Assembly: GCA_965248925.1 (NCBI GenBank)
Contig: CBDFLE010000005.1
Location: forward strand, 1,312,001-1,376,000
Source: Candidatus Multivoradales bacterium
GTDB taxonomy: Bacteria > Acidobacteriota > Thermoanaerobaculia > Multivoradales > J023
DNA length: 64,000 nt
Direction: 5' to 3'
Position numbers and translations under genes: made by a program
Shown here: piece by piece, positions 51,501 through 60,923 of the stretch
How the letters are laid out: each line of letters starts with the position of its first letter
How positions within the stretch are numbered: position 1 is the stretch's first letter
Notes under the pieces: model-generated
Told to the model about the DNA's origin: nothing
Databases searched by the model: none
Seen by the model: the letters and a program-made list of their open reading frames with translations, nothing else

Positions 51501-53045
51501 GAAATAGCCGCGGTCGGGAATCGTGCCACCGGCCAAGTAGAGCAGTCTCTCGACGCCCCGGCGGGCGCGCACCGTGCCATCGACTCTGTCGATACGCAGC
51601 CGCGGTCGCAGCTCTCGAATGCGGCTGTCGGCATACCGTCCGGCGAGCATCTCCAGCACCAAATCGAGCTGCCGGCGACGCAGCTGGTGGTAGGGCTGGC
51701 TGGTGCGCAAGAAGGCGTAAAGCCGGTCGACCTGCCATGTTTCGGCGACGACCATCGACAGCACCACCTGGGCGAGCACGTCGAGGGGCTGGCGAATCGG
51801 CTGCATCGGCTCGATGTCCTGATCGAGAATCGCTCGCGCCACCACCGCCGCGTCGAGGAAATCTCGGCCATGGGAGGGATAGATAACCCCACGGCTGGTC
51901 TCCCCCACCCCATGGCCGGCCCGGCCGACTCGCTGTACCGCCGCCGAAATCGCCCGTGGGGTCTGGATCAGCAACACCTCGTCGAGCGCCCCGATATCGA
52001 TGCCCAACTCCAGCGAGCTGGTGGCGACAATGGCACTGAGTTCGCCATCCTTGAGCCGCCGCTCGACCACCGAGCGCACCTCGCGCGACAGCGAGCCATG
52101 GTGCGAATAGGCCAGATCTTCGTCCTGCTGGTCGTTGATCAGCCGGGTGATCTTCTCGGTCAGGCGACGGCTGTTGGCGAACAGCAACGTCGAGCGGTTG
52201 GTCAGGATTTGACGCTTGAAGTCGCGAGCCAGGCTCTCCCACACCACCTCGTCCTCCGCCTCGACGGCGGCCGGCGGCCGCGGATGGCGCACCCGGATGC
52301 GGTAATCCTTGCCGGCGGTCGAGCGCACCACCCGCACCTGCCGCGGCCGGTAGGAAGGCTCGCCGCCGGTCTCGATCAGCTGGTAGCCACCGACAAACGC
52401 CGCCACTTGATCGAGGGGGCGCACGGTGGCGGAGATCGCCAGGCGCTGGAAATCCCCCGCCAGCGGCACCAAGCGATCGACGGCGGTGATCAAGTGGGTA
52501 CCGCGCTTGCTGGCGACGACGGCGTGGATCTCGTCCAAGATCACCGTTTCGAGACCACCGAGCAGCTCGCGCCCACTCTTCGAGGTGAGCAGAATATTGA
52601 GGCTCTCGGGAGTGGTGATCAAGATTTCCGGCGGCCGGCGCAGCATCTTGCGGCGTTCGGACTGAGGCGTGTCGCCGCTGCGCACCAGCGCCCGAATCTC
52701 TGGCGGCTCACCGCCCTCAGCGCGAAAAATCTCGACCAGCTCGGCGAGGGGCGAAGACAGATTACGCCGAATATCGGTGTTGAGCGCCTTTAGCGGCGAG
52801 ATGTAGAGCACCCGCGTGCGGCCCACCTGCCAAACCCCGGTGAGCAGTCGGTCGAGGGCCCAGAGGAAAGCGGTGAGGGTCTTGCCACTGCCGGTGGGCG
52901 CGCTGACCAGCACATGTTCGCCAGCGGCGATGTGCGGCCAGGCGCGCTGCTGAATGTCGGTCGGCTGGCCAAAGCGCTCGGCAAACCAGCGCCGCAGCCG
53001 CGGATCGAAAGCCGCCAGCGCGGCCTGCGGATCGCTCGCCGGCAC
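48546..53045 (-). CDS. lhr: Lhr-family ATP-dependent helicase
   Basis: PTGSGKT, ITTPESL, DEIH, SAT, HHGSLS, QRVGRAGH, GTIPDRG, C-terminal winged-helix region; GTG 53045 preferred start. Confidence 0.93.
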   Translation of the reverse strand: MPASDPQAALAAFDPRLRRWFAERFGQPTDIQQRAWPHIAAGEHVLVSAPTGSGKTLTAFLWALDRLLTGVWQVGRTRVLYISPLKALNTDIRRNLSSPLAELVEIFRAEGGEPPEIRALVRSGDTPQSERRKMLRRPPEILITTPESLNILLTSKSGRELLGGLETVILDEIHAVVASKRGTHLITAVDRLVPLAGDFQRLAISATVRPLDQVAAFVGGYQLIETGGEPSYRPRQVRVVRSTAGKDYRIRVRHPRPPAAVEAEDEVVWESLARDFKRQILTNRSTLLFANSRRLTEKITRLINDQQDEDLAYSHHGSLSREVRSVVERRLKDGELSAIVATSSLELGIDIGALDEVLLIQTPRAISAAVQRVGRAGHGVGETSRGVIYPSHGRDFLDAAVVARAILDQDIEPMQPIRQPLDVLAQVVLSMVVAETWQVDRLYAFLRTSQPYHQLRRRQLDLVLEMLAGRYADSRIRELRPRLRIDRVDGTVRARRGVERLLYLAGGTIPDRGYFTLRVERSMAKLGELDEEFVWERSVGDSFVLGTQAWRIRKITHNDVLVVPGHGGAALAPFWRADAQDRGAFLSEKVARLLQEADDHLGRPEFRQRLIDRHCLEAAAADRLVEFLQQQQAATGKLPHRRRLLVEHCWDGAQGGRRRVILHTFWGGTVNRPFATALAAAWDQAHDDHLEVYHSDDNVLLILPGQVSAEELFALVPPESIERLLRQRLEATGFFGARFRAAASTALLLPRQNFRQRLPLWVIRQRAKKLLDGVACYGDFPILVETWRSCLQDEFDLETLKLRLTEVAAGEVEIADVRTTVPSPFAADLLWQETNFLMYEDDSPRGELRTGVRPDLLRELVFSAQLRPRLPAPLVERFRRKVQRTLAGYAPRPGDDLADWIDERLLLSREEWRELLAAVESDHGEQPAGLIEELGERVLGVCLPGAKEAVVVSTDRLPYLLDALGLTVEQIELVGVDDPRQAAPKPARRRLDRLIGRRSAAEAAAELALVLSEWLRFHGPLAQGLIGQVWGFDDSVLERVLTELAEGQRLVVDLLQQGVEAVEICDADNLEILLRWLRLAARPAFEPLGLEQLPLWLARHQGLTEPGSAMEDLQHSLERLFGYPAPVESWESNFLPARLEPYYQAWLDSLLRETQLLWTGVGKGRLSFVLASDLELLHQPPAEGESAVAESAARAQLLPPGGGWLELAEIAAGAGLELAAAAAELWRLAWSGRVTSGSFAAVRQGIAQRFELPAQEPRAAARRGGRRRGLDRWRPTGPRLDSWRALEANASQPLDALEREELAKDRARWLVERYGVVFRELLARELPALRWSRVFRALRLMELSGEVLAGQFFDGIPGLQFASPGALCELRQGLPEDVIYWLAANDPASLCGVDLEALKGNLPARLPSTHLVFHGSRLVLVSKRHAAELQFNIEPEHPRLAEYGAVLKVLLTRESSPRSRLAVDVINDQPAHHSPYCAPLGKLFRLTREGIGIKLWKRY

Positions 53046-53046
53046 T

Positions 53047-53838
53047 TCAGTGAACCCAGGGATCGCCGCCGGCCCGGCCGTTCCCCGGTCGACCGCCCTG
53101 ACCCTTACCGCCCCCGTCGACCACCCGGAAATTGCGCTTCTTGCGCGAGCTCGCCAACCGCGCTTCAAGGATCAACTTCTCGATCCGCAAGCGCAGCTCG
53201 CGCAGAATCTTGCGCGGTCCGCGACCGCTGAGCATCGAGTAGGTCACCCCCACCGCGGTGCAGATACCGAGAAAGCCCGGCAGATCCTTCGAGCTCAGAT
53301 AGCCCATGAAGCCGAACAAGATCTCCAACCACAGGAACCAGCGTGCCTGCACCGGCAGGACAAAGAAGAGCAAAATGCTGGCATTGGCGAAGAGCACCGA
53401 GAAGGCGGCGATGACGACGGTGATCAAGATCCGCTGACCTTGCATCAGCGAGAACACCGGCACTGACGGATCACTGCCGAAGAGCAGCGTGCCGAGCAAC
53501 GCCGTGCCCACCGCCACTAGCGAAGCGCAGCCCACCCCCCAGCCGAGCAAGGTCCAGAACTGGCGCCGGCCTAAGTAGCGATAGACATCGCGCGAGAACC
53601 AGAACAAGATCAGCAGCTCGAGCAAAAACCAGATACTCGGCGGGCCATAGCCGATGAAGGGATAGGTCGCCAGCTGCCAGAGAAAGAAGCTCTCCCAGAC
53701 CAGCGGCGTCAGCCGTAGCAGCGCCGGCAGCAGGCGAATACCCTCGAAGAACTGCAACGAGAAAGTGACGAAGAGCACCGCCAGCAGGATCATCAGATCC
53801 CGCGGCGGCGGCTGGTGTCCGCCCATGCCAAAGCTCAT
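53047..53838 (-). CDS. Rhomboid-like membrane protein (probably catalytically inactive)
   Basis: LWQLATYPF, ILLFFVLPVQARW, KKRNFRVVDGG...WVH tail; no GxSG motif seen. Confidence 0.7.
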   Translation of the reverse strand: MSFGMGGHQPPPRDLMILLAVLFVTFSLQFFEGIRLLPALLRLTPLVWESFFLWQLATYPFIGYGPPSIWFLLELLILFWFSRDVYRYLGRRQFWTLLGWGVGCASLVAVGTALLGTLLFGSDPSVPVFSLMQGQRILITVVIAAFSVLFANASILLFFVLPVQARWFLWLEILFGFMGYLSSKDLPGFLGICTAVGVTYSMLSGRGPRKILRELRLRIEKLILEARLASSRKKRNFRVVDGGGKGQGGRPGNGRAGGDPWVH

Positions 53839-53964
53839 CGGGCGGCGGGTGAAGGGTCGCTGGCTATTCAAGATCGGGGCTCCGGGCAATTGGCGGTCAG
53901 GTGGCGAGCGCCTATTCTACGCTCTCGCTCCGCACCCTGACTGTTCTGGAGTACGATTTGCCGC

Positions 53965-54168
53965 ATGAGCGAGCCCACTTTTCCCGACATCGTGGTCGAT
54001 CTGGTCGGCCAGCAGGAGGCGCCGGTGGCCTGCATTGCGGTGGTCCGGCGGGCACTGCAGAAGGCTGGCCACGCCGAGGCCGCTCGGCAGTTCACCGACC
54101 GGGCTTTCGCCAGCTCCACCGAGCACATCCTCACCCTGGCACGGCGCTATGTTCAGCTGCTCGTCTGA
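53965..54168 (+). CDS. Small hypothetical protein
   Basis: 67 aa, FPDIVVDLVGQ...VRRALQKAG...ARRYVQ; fills the intergenic gap. Confidence 0.6.
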   Translation: MSEPTFPDIVVDLVGQQEAPVACIAVVRRALQKAGHAEAARQFTDRAFASSTEHILTLARRYVQLLV

Positions 54169-54175
54169 GCGGCGC

Positions 54176-54739
54176 TCAGCAGACCACGCCGAAGCTCGGC
54201 GCGCCGCGCAGCTGCTCCCAGCTCACCCCGGACAGCCGGCAGTCGAGGAAGACGGCGCCTAGCACGACAGCGCGGTCGAGCACCGCGCCGCGCAGATCGC
54301 AGCCCTTGAAGCTGGCATGGCGCAGATCGGCATGGCGGAACGAGGCCCGCCGCAAGTCGACCTCGACAAACGTGGACCGCTTCGCCGTGACCTGGTCAAA
54401 ACACCCTTCGCTCAAGTTCGAGCGCGAGACTTCAGCACAGTCGAGCTGCGCGCCGCGCCAGTCGGCTGCGACTACCAGGGATTGCTGGATGCTGATGCCA
54501 AAGAGATCCGCCTTGCCGAATCGACAGCGGCTGAGCTCGGCATGGTAGATGACCGCCTCGGTCAGCTGTTGCTCGGCGAAGTCATAGCCTTGGACGATGA
54601 GTAAGGAAAGGTCGATCGACTGCCGACCACGCCGCAAGATTTCGGCGACGCGCAGAGCATCGCACGCAGTAATTTCGGGTGCAGGCACAGGTCCCCCCTG
54701 ACGGCTGCAAATGTCTGAAAATACGGGAGGATCTATCAA
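54176..54739 (-). CDS. Pentapeptide-repeat protein
   Basis: ADLFG, ADWRG, AQLDC, VDLRR, ASFRH, ADLRH, CDLRG repeats; start uncertain. Confidence 0.88.
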   Translation of the reverse strand: MIDPPVFSDICSRQGGPVPAPEITACDALRVAEILRRGRQSIDLSLLIVQGYDFAEQQLTEAVIYHAELSRCRFGKADLFGISIQQSLVVAADWRGAQLDCAEVSRSNLSEGCFDQVTAKRSTFVEVDLRRASFRHADLRHASFKGCDLRGAVLDRAVVLGAVFLDCRLSGVSWEQLRGAPSFGVVC

Positions 54740-54902
54740 CCCAAACCACGCTGCTGCACGCGGTCGCTCAAGCAGTCCCCCCGGACGGCAGGGTCAGTAT
54801 AGTCAGCGCTGGTGGAGTCTCAAACAGGTACTGTTCAGATGGCATTTAGGGCGCGACTGGATACTTCCCCTCCCAGGCACGACCTTGCACTGAGCAGGAT
54901 CG

Positions 54903-55274
54903 TTATTCGGCAGCGACCAATCCACCCTTCCGGGGTAAACGACTCTCAAAGTCGCAGGCGGCCACTGCCGACGCCCCCATCTGCCAGAGACTCTCCAAGA
55001 CTTCGCCTACAGCCTCGATGTAGGGATCTTCACTGGCCCCTTCTCGAGGCTCAGTCTCAAGAAAGAAAGGCGAGTAGACAAAGCCATCGTAATTCGGCTC
55101 GAACCTCGCCGGATCATGGTCCTTATTCGGCCGGACATCGAGTTCAAGATGCTCGCCGTAGAGAGTTGAGACCTTCTGTTCTCCGCGAACCACGGCTGCC
55201 AGGCGAGTGAACAGCTCGTCGCGGGAGAGATCGCTTCCAACAAAGATCTTGCAGTACAAATCCATGGTTGTCAT
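54903..55274 (-). CDS. Putative immunity protein
   Basis: Acidic 123-aa ORF 8 nt downstream of the toxin; MDLYCKIFV...AVAACDFESRLP. Confidence 0.72.
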   Translation of the reverse strand: MTTMDLYCKIFVGSDLSRDELFTRLAAVVRGEQKVSTLYGEHLELDVRPNKDHDPARFEPNYDGFVYSPFFLETEPREGASEDPYIEAVGEVLESLWQMGASAVAACDFESRLPRKGGLVAAE

Positions 55275-55282
55275 TTCCTAGT

Positions 55283-58200
55283 TCACCCGACCGGAATAGT
55301 CGGCGGATTGTCGAAAGGTCCACCCTTGAGGATAACAGAGACATCGACCTCAATACCAAGGAACGCTTCCAGTTCCTTGCGTAGACTGCGCAAACCAGCT
55401 TCACCAGATTGGATTTTACCGGTAGCAATAGCGTGCAACATTGTACGCTCTTTGGCCGATCCAGGATTGACACTCTTGAATCGTTCTCGTAAGAACCGGT
55501 CGAACTCCGACTTCGGCAGAAGAATGGCCACGTCTACATCAGACTTGGCAGCAGCCGTTCCAGCCGCCCTACTGCCTTGGACAACGATGTCATCCCCCAA
55601 ACCTAACTGCCGAGCCCGGTCGCTGATCTTACTGGACAAGAACTCGAATTGCTCGCTGGTAAAGCCTTGTGGAATCTTGCCCGCAAGCGCCTTGAGTTCA
55701 TCGACCCATTTGACCACCGCAGCCTCGATCTTGGCGACCATCGGCCCCAGCTTAGGATGGTTCTTGAAGCGCCTGAAGAACGCCCGAATGTCGATTTTTC
55801 CAAGTAGGTCGAGAAGCCTCTTGGCCGCTGGACGAGCCAACTTCTTGCCGCCCCGGAGCAGGTATTTACCGCCTTTCCCGATCAAGTCACCCACTCCGGG
55901 GATCATCGAAACCATGGCGAACCCCGCATCGAGGTACTTGCCATCCTTGGCGTACCAGGCGGCATTGGCCAGATCCGCGGCCTCGCCGACCCCCGGCACG
56001 ATGCCCGCAACATCCAAAGCTGTATGGCCGATATCACTCCAACTCCAACCGCTGGCCTGGTCCGCCGCCGCCTGCTGTTCGAGATAGCCCTGCTCGACAG
56101 CGATCTCCCGCACCTGCGCCGGCCGCAAACCATCGGGAAATTGATCGCCCCGCTGCACCATGACCTGCGCCGCGACCTGCTCTAACCGCGCCTGATGGGC
56201 TTGGTTGGCACGCTCGAACTGCTCGGCGCCAACCGGGATCTTGATCTGCTGACCAATCTGCAAACGGCGCGGTTCGAGGGCGTTGCCGTTGGCGGCCTGG
56301 ATCTTGGAAACGGTGGTGCCATAGCGCCGCGCCAAGTCCCACAGCGTGTCACCAGCTTGGACGGCGTAGGGTTGACCGCTGCCCAGCAGCTGGCCGGCGT
56401 GGTCGTCGAGCACCGCCCGAGCGGTGATCTCGCCGGCTGCCGCAACCTCGGCGTTGGCGGCCTTGCGCGCCGTCTGATCGGCCACCTTGGCGAGCTGCTG
56501 ACCGGCACGGGCGATGCTCGCCGCATCTCCCGACACCAACGCCTGCTGCAGTTGGTCGACCTCGGCGCCGAGTTTGGCGGCCTCGCCGCTGGGCCGGCTG
56601 TCGCGCACCCAAGCGTGCAGGTCCTTGGCCGCGTCGACCGCCGCCGGCCAATTCTGGCTCTCAATCGCCTGCTGTAGATCACCAGCTTTCTCCAGCCCAC
56701 TCGCGGCATTCTCCAGCCGGCCGCCCAAGCGGTCACCGGACGCCCGCTTCGCTGCTTCACCGAACAGCAGACTGGCCGCCTTGCCGTAATCACCGCTGCT
56801 GATCGCTCTTTGGGCCGCACCGGCGGTCTCCAGCAGACCCGAGGCCGAGTCCAATCGGCGACCGATACGGCTACCGGAAGAGTGGTTGGCGGCAATGCGC
56901 GACAGGCTCTCCAAGGCTGAGGCGTAGTCCCCTGCTTCGACCGCCTGGTAGGCGGTGTTGGCTTCCGACAAGGAGGAAGAGAACTTCAGCAAGCGCTGCT
57001 GCACACGCTCGTTACCAACCATCTTGCTTGCCGCGCCTGCCAAGGCCGCGGCGGCACCGCCATAGTCACCCGCCTCGATCAACTGGTGCGCCCGCCCGGC
57101 ACCGCGCAGGGCATCGGCAAATTGGCTCAAACGACTGCGGCTCGAAGCATCGCCCACCTGCACCTCGGCGGCGGCGGCAAAGGCCTTGGCCGCACCGGCG
57201 AAGTCGCCACTCTCGATCAGGCCCTCGGCACTGGCGGCCTGCTGCATCGCTGCCGCCTGCTCGGCGAGCTTCTTCTTGGTAGCCCGGTCGCCAACGTAGA
57301 CATCAGCCGCTTCGAGCAGCGACGCCGCCGCCTCGCCATAGTCTCCCCGGCGGAAAGCGGAGTAAGCATCGCCAGCCTTGTCGAGGGCCGAACTCGCCTT
57401 CTGCAAGCGCGCTTTGACCTGGGGGTCGCCGACATAGGCCGCCGCCACCCCCGACATCAGGTGCGCCGCTTCCAGGTAATTACCGCTGTCAATCAACTGC
57501 GGCAGACCGCGGGCCGCCTCGAAGGCTTTGGCTCCTTCGAGCAGCTTCTGCTGCATCGGTCCATCGAGATGACCGGCGGCGATCTCTTGCAGGCTGGCGG
57601 CGGCACCGATGTAGTCGCCGTTTTCGATCCGGGCATAGGCGCCGCCCAGATTGGCAAGATCCTGACCCACCGAGAGCATCCGCTCACCGGCTTTGCCGGC
57701 AAATTGGGAGCCAGCGGCGGTGAGAATGCCCGCCGCTTCCAAATAGCGGCCCTGGTCGATCAGCTGCTGTGCCTGGCCAACTCCGGCCAGCGAGTTGGCG
57801 ATCTTCGACAGGGTCGTCACGTCCTCCGGGTCGCGCGCCGAGGCCGGCCCATTCTTGAGATGATCGATCGCACCGGCCAAGGTGGCCGCGGCGCCGGCAT
57901 AGTCACCGTTTTCGAGTGCATTTTGTACGGCGCCGCCGTACTGCGCCCCAAGGTCGACCTTGTTGAGGATATTGAGGGCCCTGGCACCGCCACTGAGCGG
58001 CACGCTGGGATTGGCCGAGACGTACTGGCCGTGCTTGTTCTGCACCAGAGTGCCATCGTTGAGACCCCGGCTGACGGCAAAACTGCGCCCTAGATTGGCG
58101 CCGATGGCGGCGGCTCCGAGATAGTCACCACGCTTGGCGGCAGCGGCGGTGTTGGCGCCCATCTGCACCCGATCTGCCCACTTGACCACTTTGCCCGCGA

Positions 58201-59680
58201 CGCCTGCCAGGCTGTTCGCCGAGGTCTTGACAAAGCCAGACACCGCACTCGCCGCTCCGGCGATCGCACCGAGCCAATTGCCTTGCTTGGCGGCCTTGTA
58301 GGCATTGAGCGCGGCCTGCGCATTGCCGGCATAGGAGGCGACCTTTGACGCTACATTGACCACCTTGCCAGCGACAGCAGAGGTAAAACCACCCGCTACC
58401 CCGGCAACCGCACCGGCCACGCCCACCACTGCTTGTAGCCAATTTCCGTTCTTGACCCCGTTGTAGGCATTGAGCGCGGCATTGGCGGCGATTGCGAAAG
58501 GTGCCGTCACCGGAATGAAGCTGAGAATCGTGAGAACGATCGGCAGAGCCTTCTTGACCGCATCGCCAACCTTCGACCAGAAACTCTTCTTCTTCACCTG
58601 CTCAGAGGTGGTGACCCCGTTATCGTCGTTCTCGATCTTGTAGGTCTGGCTGGAGCGCAGCTTGACCGAATGTTTGCCAGGAATCGACTGGATTTGATTG
58701 ATCTCGTCGTACTTCTGGCGCAACTCCGCGGTGCTGTACTTCAGCGCGTGGCCGGGGATGTTCTGGTTGAACGCCCACAGCTCCTCGCGCATCTGCTTGT
58801 CGCTGACCGGTGGCCCGCCGACCCGAGCATGCACCCAAGTAGCCTGCATCACCGCGCTGAGGCGGACGACCTGGTCAGCGGCGTCGGTGGCTCCCTTGAC
58901 GTAGTTCAGCGCCCCCATCAACTGGCTGCCATCGATCATTTCGGGCGGCACGCGCTCGAAAATCGCCGTCAGGATGGCTTCGTCGTTGAGCTGCCGCTTG
59001 GCCCCGCTCGGTACCTGGCCCTCGAAACCGAGCAGAGCGTGGGCGGCGCGGCCGATGTCGTGCTTGATTTCGGGCGTCAGGGCGCCGGTCTTCTCACCGT
59101 ATTGCAGGCTGGTGTGGATCGACTCGCCACGCCAGTTGATGACGACCTTGCCCGGAGGGTGGCCGGGCAGGATCTCATCCAGGTTGTTGGTGTTTTGGAA
59201 TTGTTGCCAATGCTCGCCGAGGTACTCCTGCAACTGTGCCTTGTCTTGCGGGTTGGGGATCTGTACCGGAACGTTGTAGTCCACCCGCGGCGCGGTGTCG
59301 GGATCCGCTGGTGCGGCTGGTGGCGGAGCCGGGGTATTGCCCTGGCCGCCGATCAACGCTTGCAGCTGAGCCGGATTGATCCCGGCGCGGCGCAGCTCGG
59401 CGAGGTCCAATTCACCAGATTCGAGCATCTGACGGAGCCGCGGATGGGCTCTGAGGTCGCCGCCGGCCGGGCCACCCCCCGCTTCTGCCGGGCGTCCCTC
59501 GGCAAAGCGATCGAAGACGTTGGATTGGCGCTGGCGCTCGACCTCTACATCGGGTGAGAGAGACGCCTTGGTGGGTGCCGCGTCGGGCGCGGGCTCTGAG
59601 CTGGACGGCAGTCCCTGGCTTTCCTGGAACTCACGCACCGCGTCGAGCATCTTCTGCCGGTCGAAGTCGAAGTTGATCAT
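55283..59680 (-). CDS. Polymorphic toxin: helical repeats + LysM + pre-toxin motif + C-terminal nucleotidyltransferase-like domain
   Basis: GDYxxAA repeats; YAVQAGDTLWDLARRYGTT..IQAAN..LQIGQQIKIP; GHTALDVAGIVPGVGEAADLANAAWY; QGSRAAGTAAAKSDVDVAI. Confidence 0.85.
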   Translation of the reverse strand: MINFDFDRQKMLDAVREFQESQGLPSSSEPAPDAAPTKASLSPDVEVERQRQSNVFDRFAEGRPAEAGGGPAGGDLRAHPRLRQMLESGELDLAELRRAGINPAQLQALIGGQGNTPAPPPAAPADPDTAPRVDYNVPVQIPNPQDKAQLQEYLGEHWQQFQNTNNLDEILPGHPPGKVVINWRGESIHTSLQYGEKTGALTPEIKHDIGRAAHALLGFEGQVPSGAKRQLNDEAILTAIFERVPPEMIDGSQLMGALNYVKGATDAADQVVRLSAVMQATWVHARVGGPPVSDKQMREELWAFNQNIPGHALKYSTAELRQKYDEINQIQSIPGKHSVKLRSSQTYKIENDDNGVTTSEQVKKKSFWSKVGDAVKKALPIVLTILSFIPVTAPFAIAANAALNAYNGVKNGNWLQAVVGVAGAVAGVAGGFTSAVAGKVVNVASKVASYAGNAQAALNAYKAAKQGNWLGAIAGAASAVSGFVKTSANSLAGVAGKVVKWADRVQMGANTAAAAKRGDYLGAAAIGANLGRSFAVSRGLNDGTLVQNKHGQYVSANPSVPLSGGARALNILNKVDLGAQYGGAVQNALENGDYAGAAATLAGAIDHLKNGPASARDPEDVTTLSKIANSLAGVGQAQQLIDQGRYLEAAGILTAAGSQFAGKAGERMLSVGQDLANLGGAYARIENGDYIGAAASLQEIAAGHLDGPMQQKLLEGAKAFEAARGLPQLIDSGNYLEAAHLMSGVAAAYVGDPQVKARLQKASSALDKAGDAYSAFRRGDYGEAAASLLEAADVYVGDRATKKKLAEQAAAMQQAASAEGLIESGDFAGAAKAFAAAAEVQVGDASSRSRLSQFADALRGAGRAHQLIEAGDYGGAAAALAGAASKMVGNERVQQRLLKFSSSLSEANTAYQAVEAGDYASALESLSRIAANHSSGSRIGRRLDSASGLLETAGAAQRAISSGDYGKAASLLFGEAAKRASGDRLGGRLENAASGLEKAGDLQQAIESQNWPAAVDAAKDLHAWVRDSRPSGEAAKLGAEVDQLQQALVSGDAASIARAGQQLAKVADQTARKAANAEVAAAGEITARAVLDDHAGQLLGSGQPYAVQAGDTLWDLARRYGTTVSKIQAANGNALEPRRLQIGQQIKIPVGAEQFERANQAHQARLEQVAAQVMVQRGDQFPDGLRPAQVREIAVEQGYLEQQAAADQASGWSWSDIGHTALDVAGIVPGVGEAADLANAAWYAKDGKYLDAGFAMVSMIPGVGDLIGKGGKYLLRGGKKLARPAAKRLLDLLGKIDIRAFFRRFKNHPKLGPMVAKIEAAVVKWVDELKALAGKIPQGFTSEQFEFLSSKISDRARQLGLGDDIVVQGSRAAGTAAAKSDVDVAILLPKSEFDRFLRERFKSVNPGSAKERTMLHAIATGKIQSGEAGLRSLRKELEAFLGIEVDVSVILKGGPFDNPPTIPVG

Positions 59681-60029
59681 TGATGTAATTCCTTAGCAGA
59701 TGATGTAGGTGCTGATCAGGCAGCTGGCTTGGGAGGTGGCTTCGCCGCACCTCCGACGGCGCCTATTAACCACTTGCGCCGACGCAGCGAGTCGCCGCAA
59801 GCAAGACGGTGGTCACCAATAGGCAAAAATAGAGACATGCAAACACTTCGCTGGGCAGGGGCCATCGGCGCTGCCGTGGGTAGGTAGCTGGGGGTGTGAG
59901 CGCCGTGCATCATGTTTAATCCTACCTACGAATACGAGCGCCTAGGGCGCTCGTTCAGGATTCTTTGCTCTTGCGGGACACTCGGCGAAATCGATGGGAC
60001 AGGCTGGCGATTTCCGGGGTTGGCAAATA

Positions 60030-60863
60030 TCAGCTGTTGCCGATTTTGACCATCTCGACATCAAATACCAATAAACCCTGAGGATTGTTGGTCCAGCTGC
60101 CGTCGTTGAGGTGCGCGGGAATCCAGAAGCGGCGCGACTCACCCTCGACCATGGTTTGCAGACATTCCGCGAAAGCCGGCATCACTGCTTCGAGCAAGAA
60201 AAGGGTCGGCCGTTGGCGCGGCGCCGAAGAGTCGAAGGTCTTGCCGTCGGCGGTCCAGCCAGTGTAGCTGATCAACACTCCGCCGGCCGTGGCCTTAGTT
60301 TCGCCTTTGCCTGGTTCCAAGATCAGAGTGCTAGCACCGCTCTCGGTACGCACGGCCGTGGCGGGAATTTCGGTCGGATCCGCCGGCGCATTGGGCAACC
60401 GCAGAATGCCTTTGAGTTCGACATCAAAGATCACCGAACCGCGCGGGCCTTCAGCGGGTTTCTGCGGTGCCAACTCAGCGGGAATCCACAGCCGACGGGT
60501 CTCATTCAGCACCATCAGCCGGATGCCCTCGGTCCAGCCAGGAAAGGTCTGCTGCAAGTTGAAGGTATGCAAGCCATTCTTGAATTGGCGCGAACTCGTG
60601 AACTCGGCACCAGCTGGCGTCCAACCGGTGTAGCTCACCACCACCATGTCGTTGGCGTCGGGGCGGTAGTCACCGTCACCCGGCCTCAGCACTTGGCTGA
60701 CCAAGCCCGAAGGTGAATGTACCGCCGCGGCCGGCGGGCTGCGCAAATCCTCGTCGCTGGGTCCGTCGGCGGCCAAGACCGTAGCGGGCACGAGCAGGGT
60801 CAGAAGGGAGACGGTGCTGAGCACAGCAGCGGTAGAAGTTGAGTTTCTTAGCTTGTTCATCAT
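60030..60863 (-). CDS. Secreted FKBP-type peptidyl-prolyl isomerase with two FKBP domains
   Basis: VSYTGWT..G..F.SS twice; GWTEGIRLM..ETRRLWIP; LVFDVE. Confidence 0.92.
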   Translation of the reverse strand: MMNKLRNSTSTAAVLSTVSLLTLLVPATVLAADGPSDEDLRSPPAAAVHSPSGLVSQVLRPGDGDYRPDANDMVVVSYTGWTPAGAEFTSSRQFKNGLHTFNLQQTFPGWTEGIRLMVLNETRRLWIPAELAPQKPAEGPRGSVIFDVELKGILRLPNAPADPTEIPATAVRTESGASTLILEPGKGETKATAGGVLISYTGWTADGKTFDSSAPRQRPTLFLLEAVMPAFAECLQTMVEGESRRFWIPAHLNDGSWTNNPQGLLVFDVEMVKIGNS

Positions 60864-60923
60864 CACCTGGGGAAAATACCGAGTCCATCCACCCGACCGC
60901 AAGCAGGTGGCCGTTCCTGGCGG

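Noticed and set aside
51348-52793. 481-aa plus-strand ORF, and similar long ORFs at 13791-14678, 57086-58093, 58670-59557 and 35848-36687
   Set aside because: Antisense shadows of well-supported genes in GC-rich DNA, with no motifs of their own
54818-54829. TCTCAAACAGGT match to the 61-bp repeat
   Set aside because: Only 12 bp with no flanking similarity; may be chance
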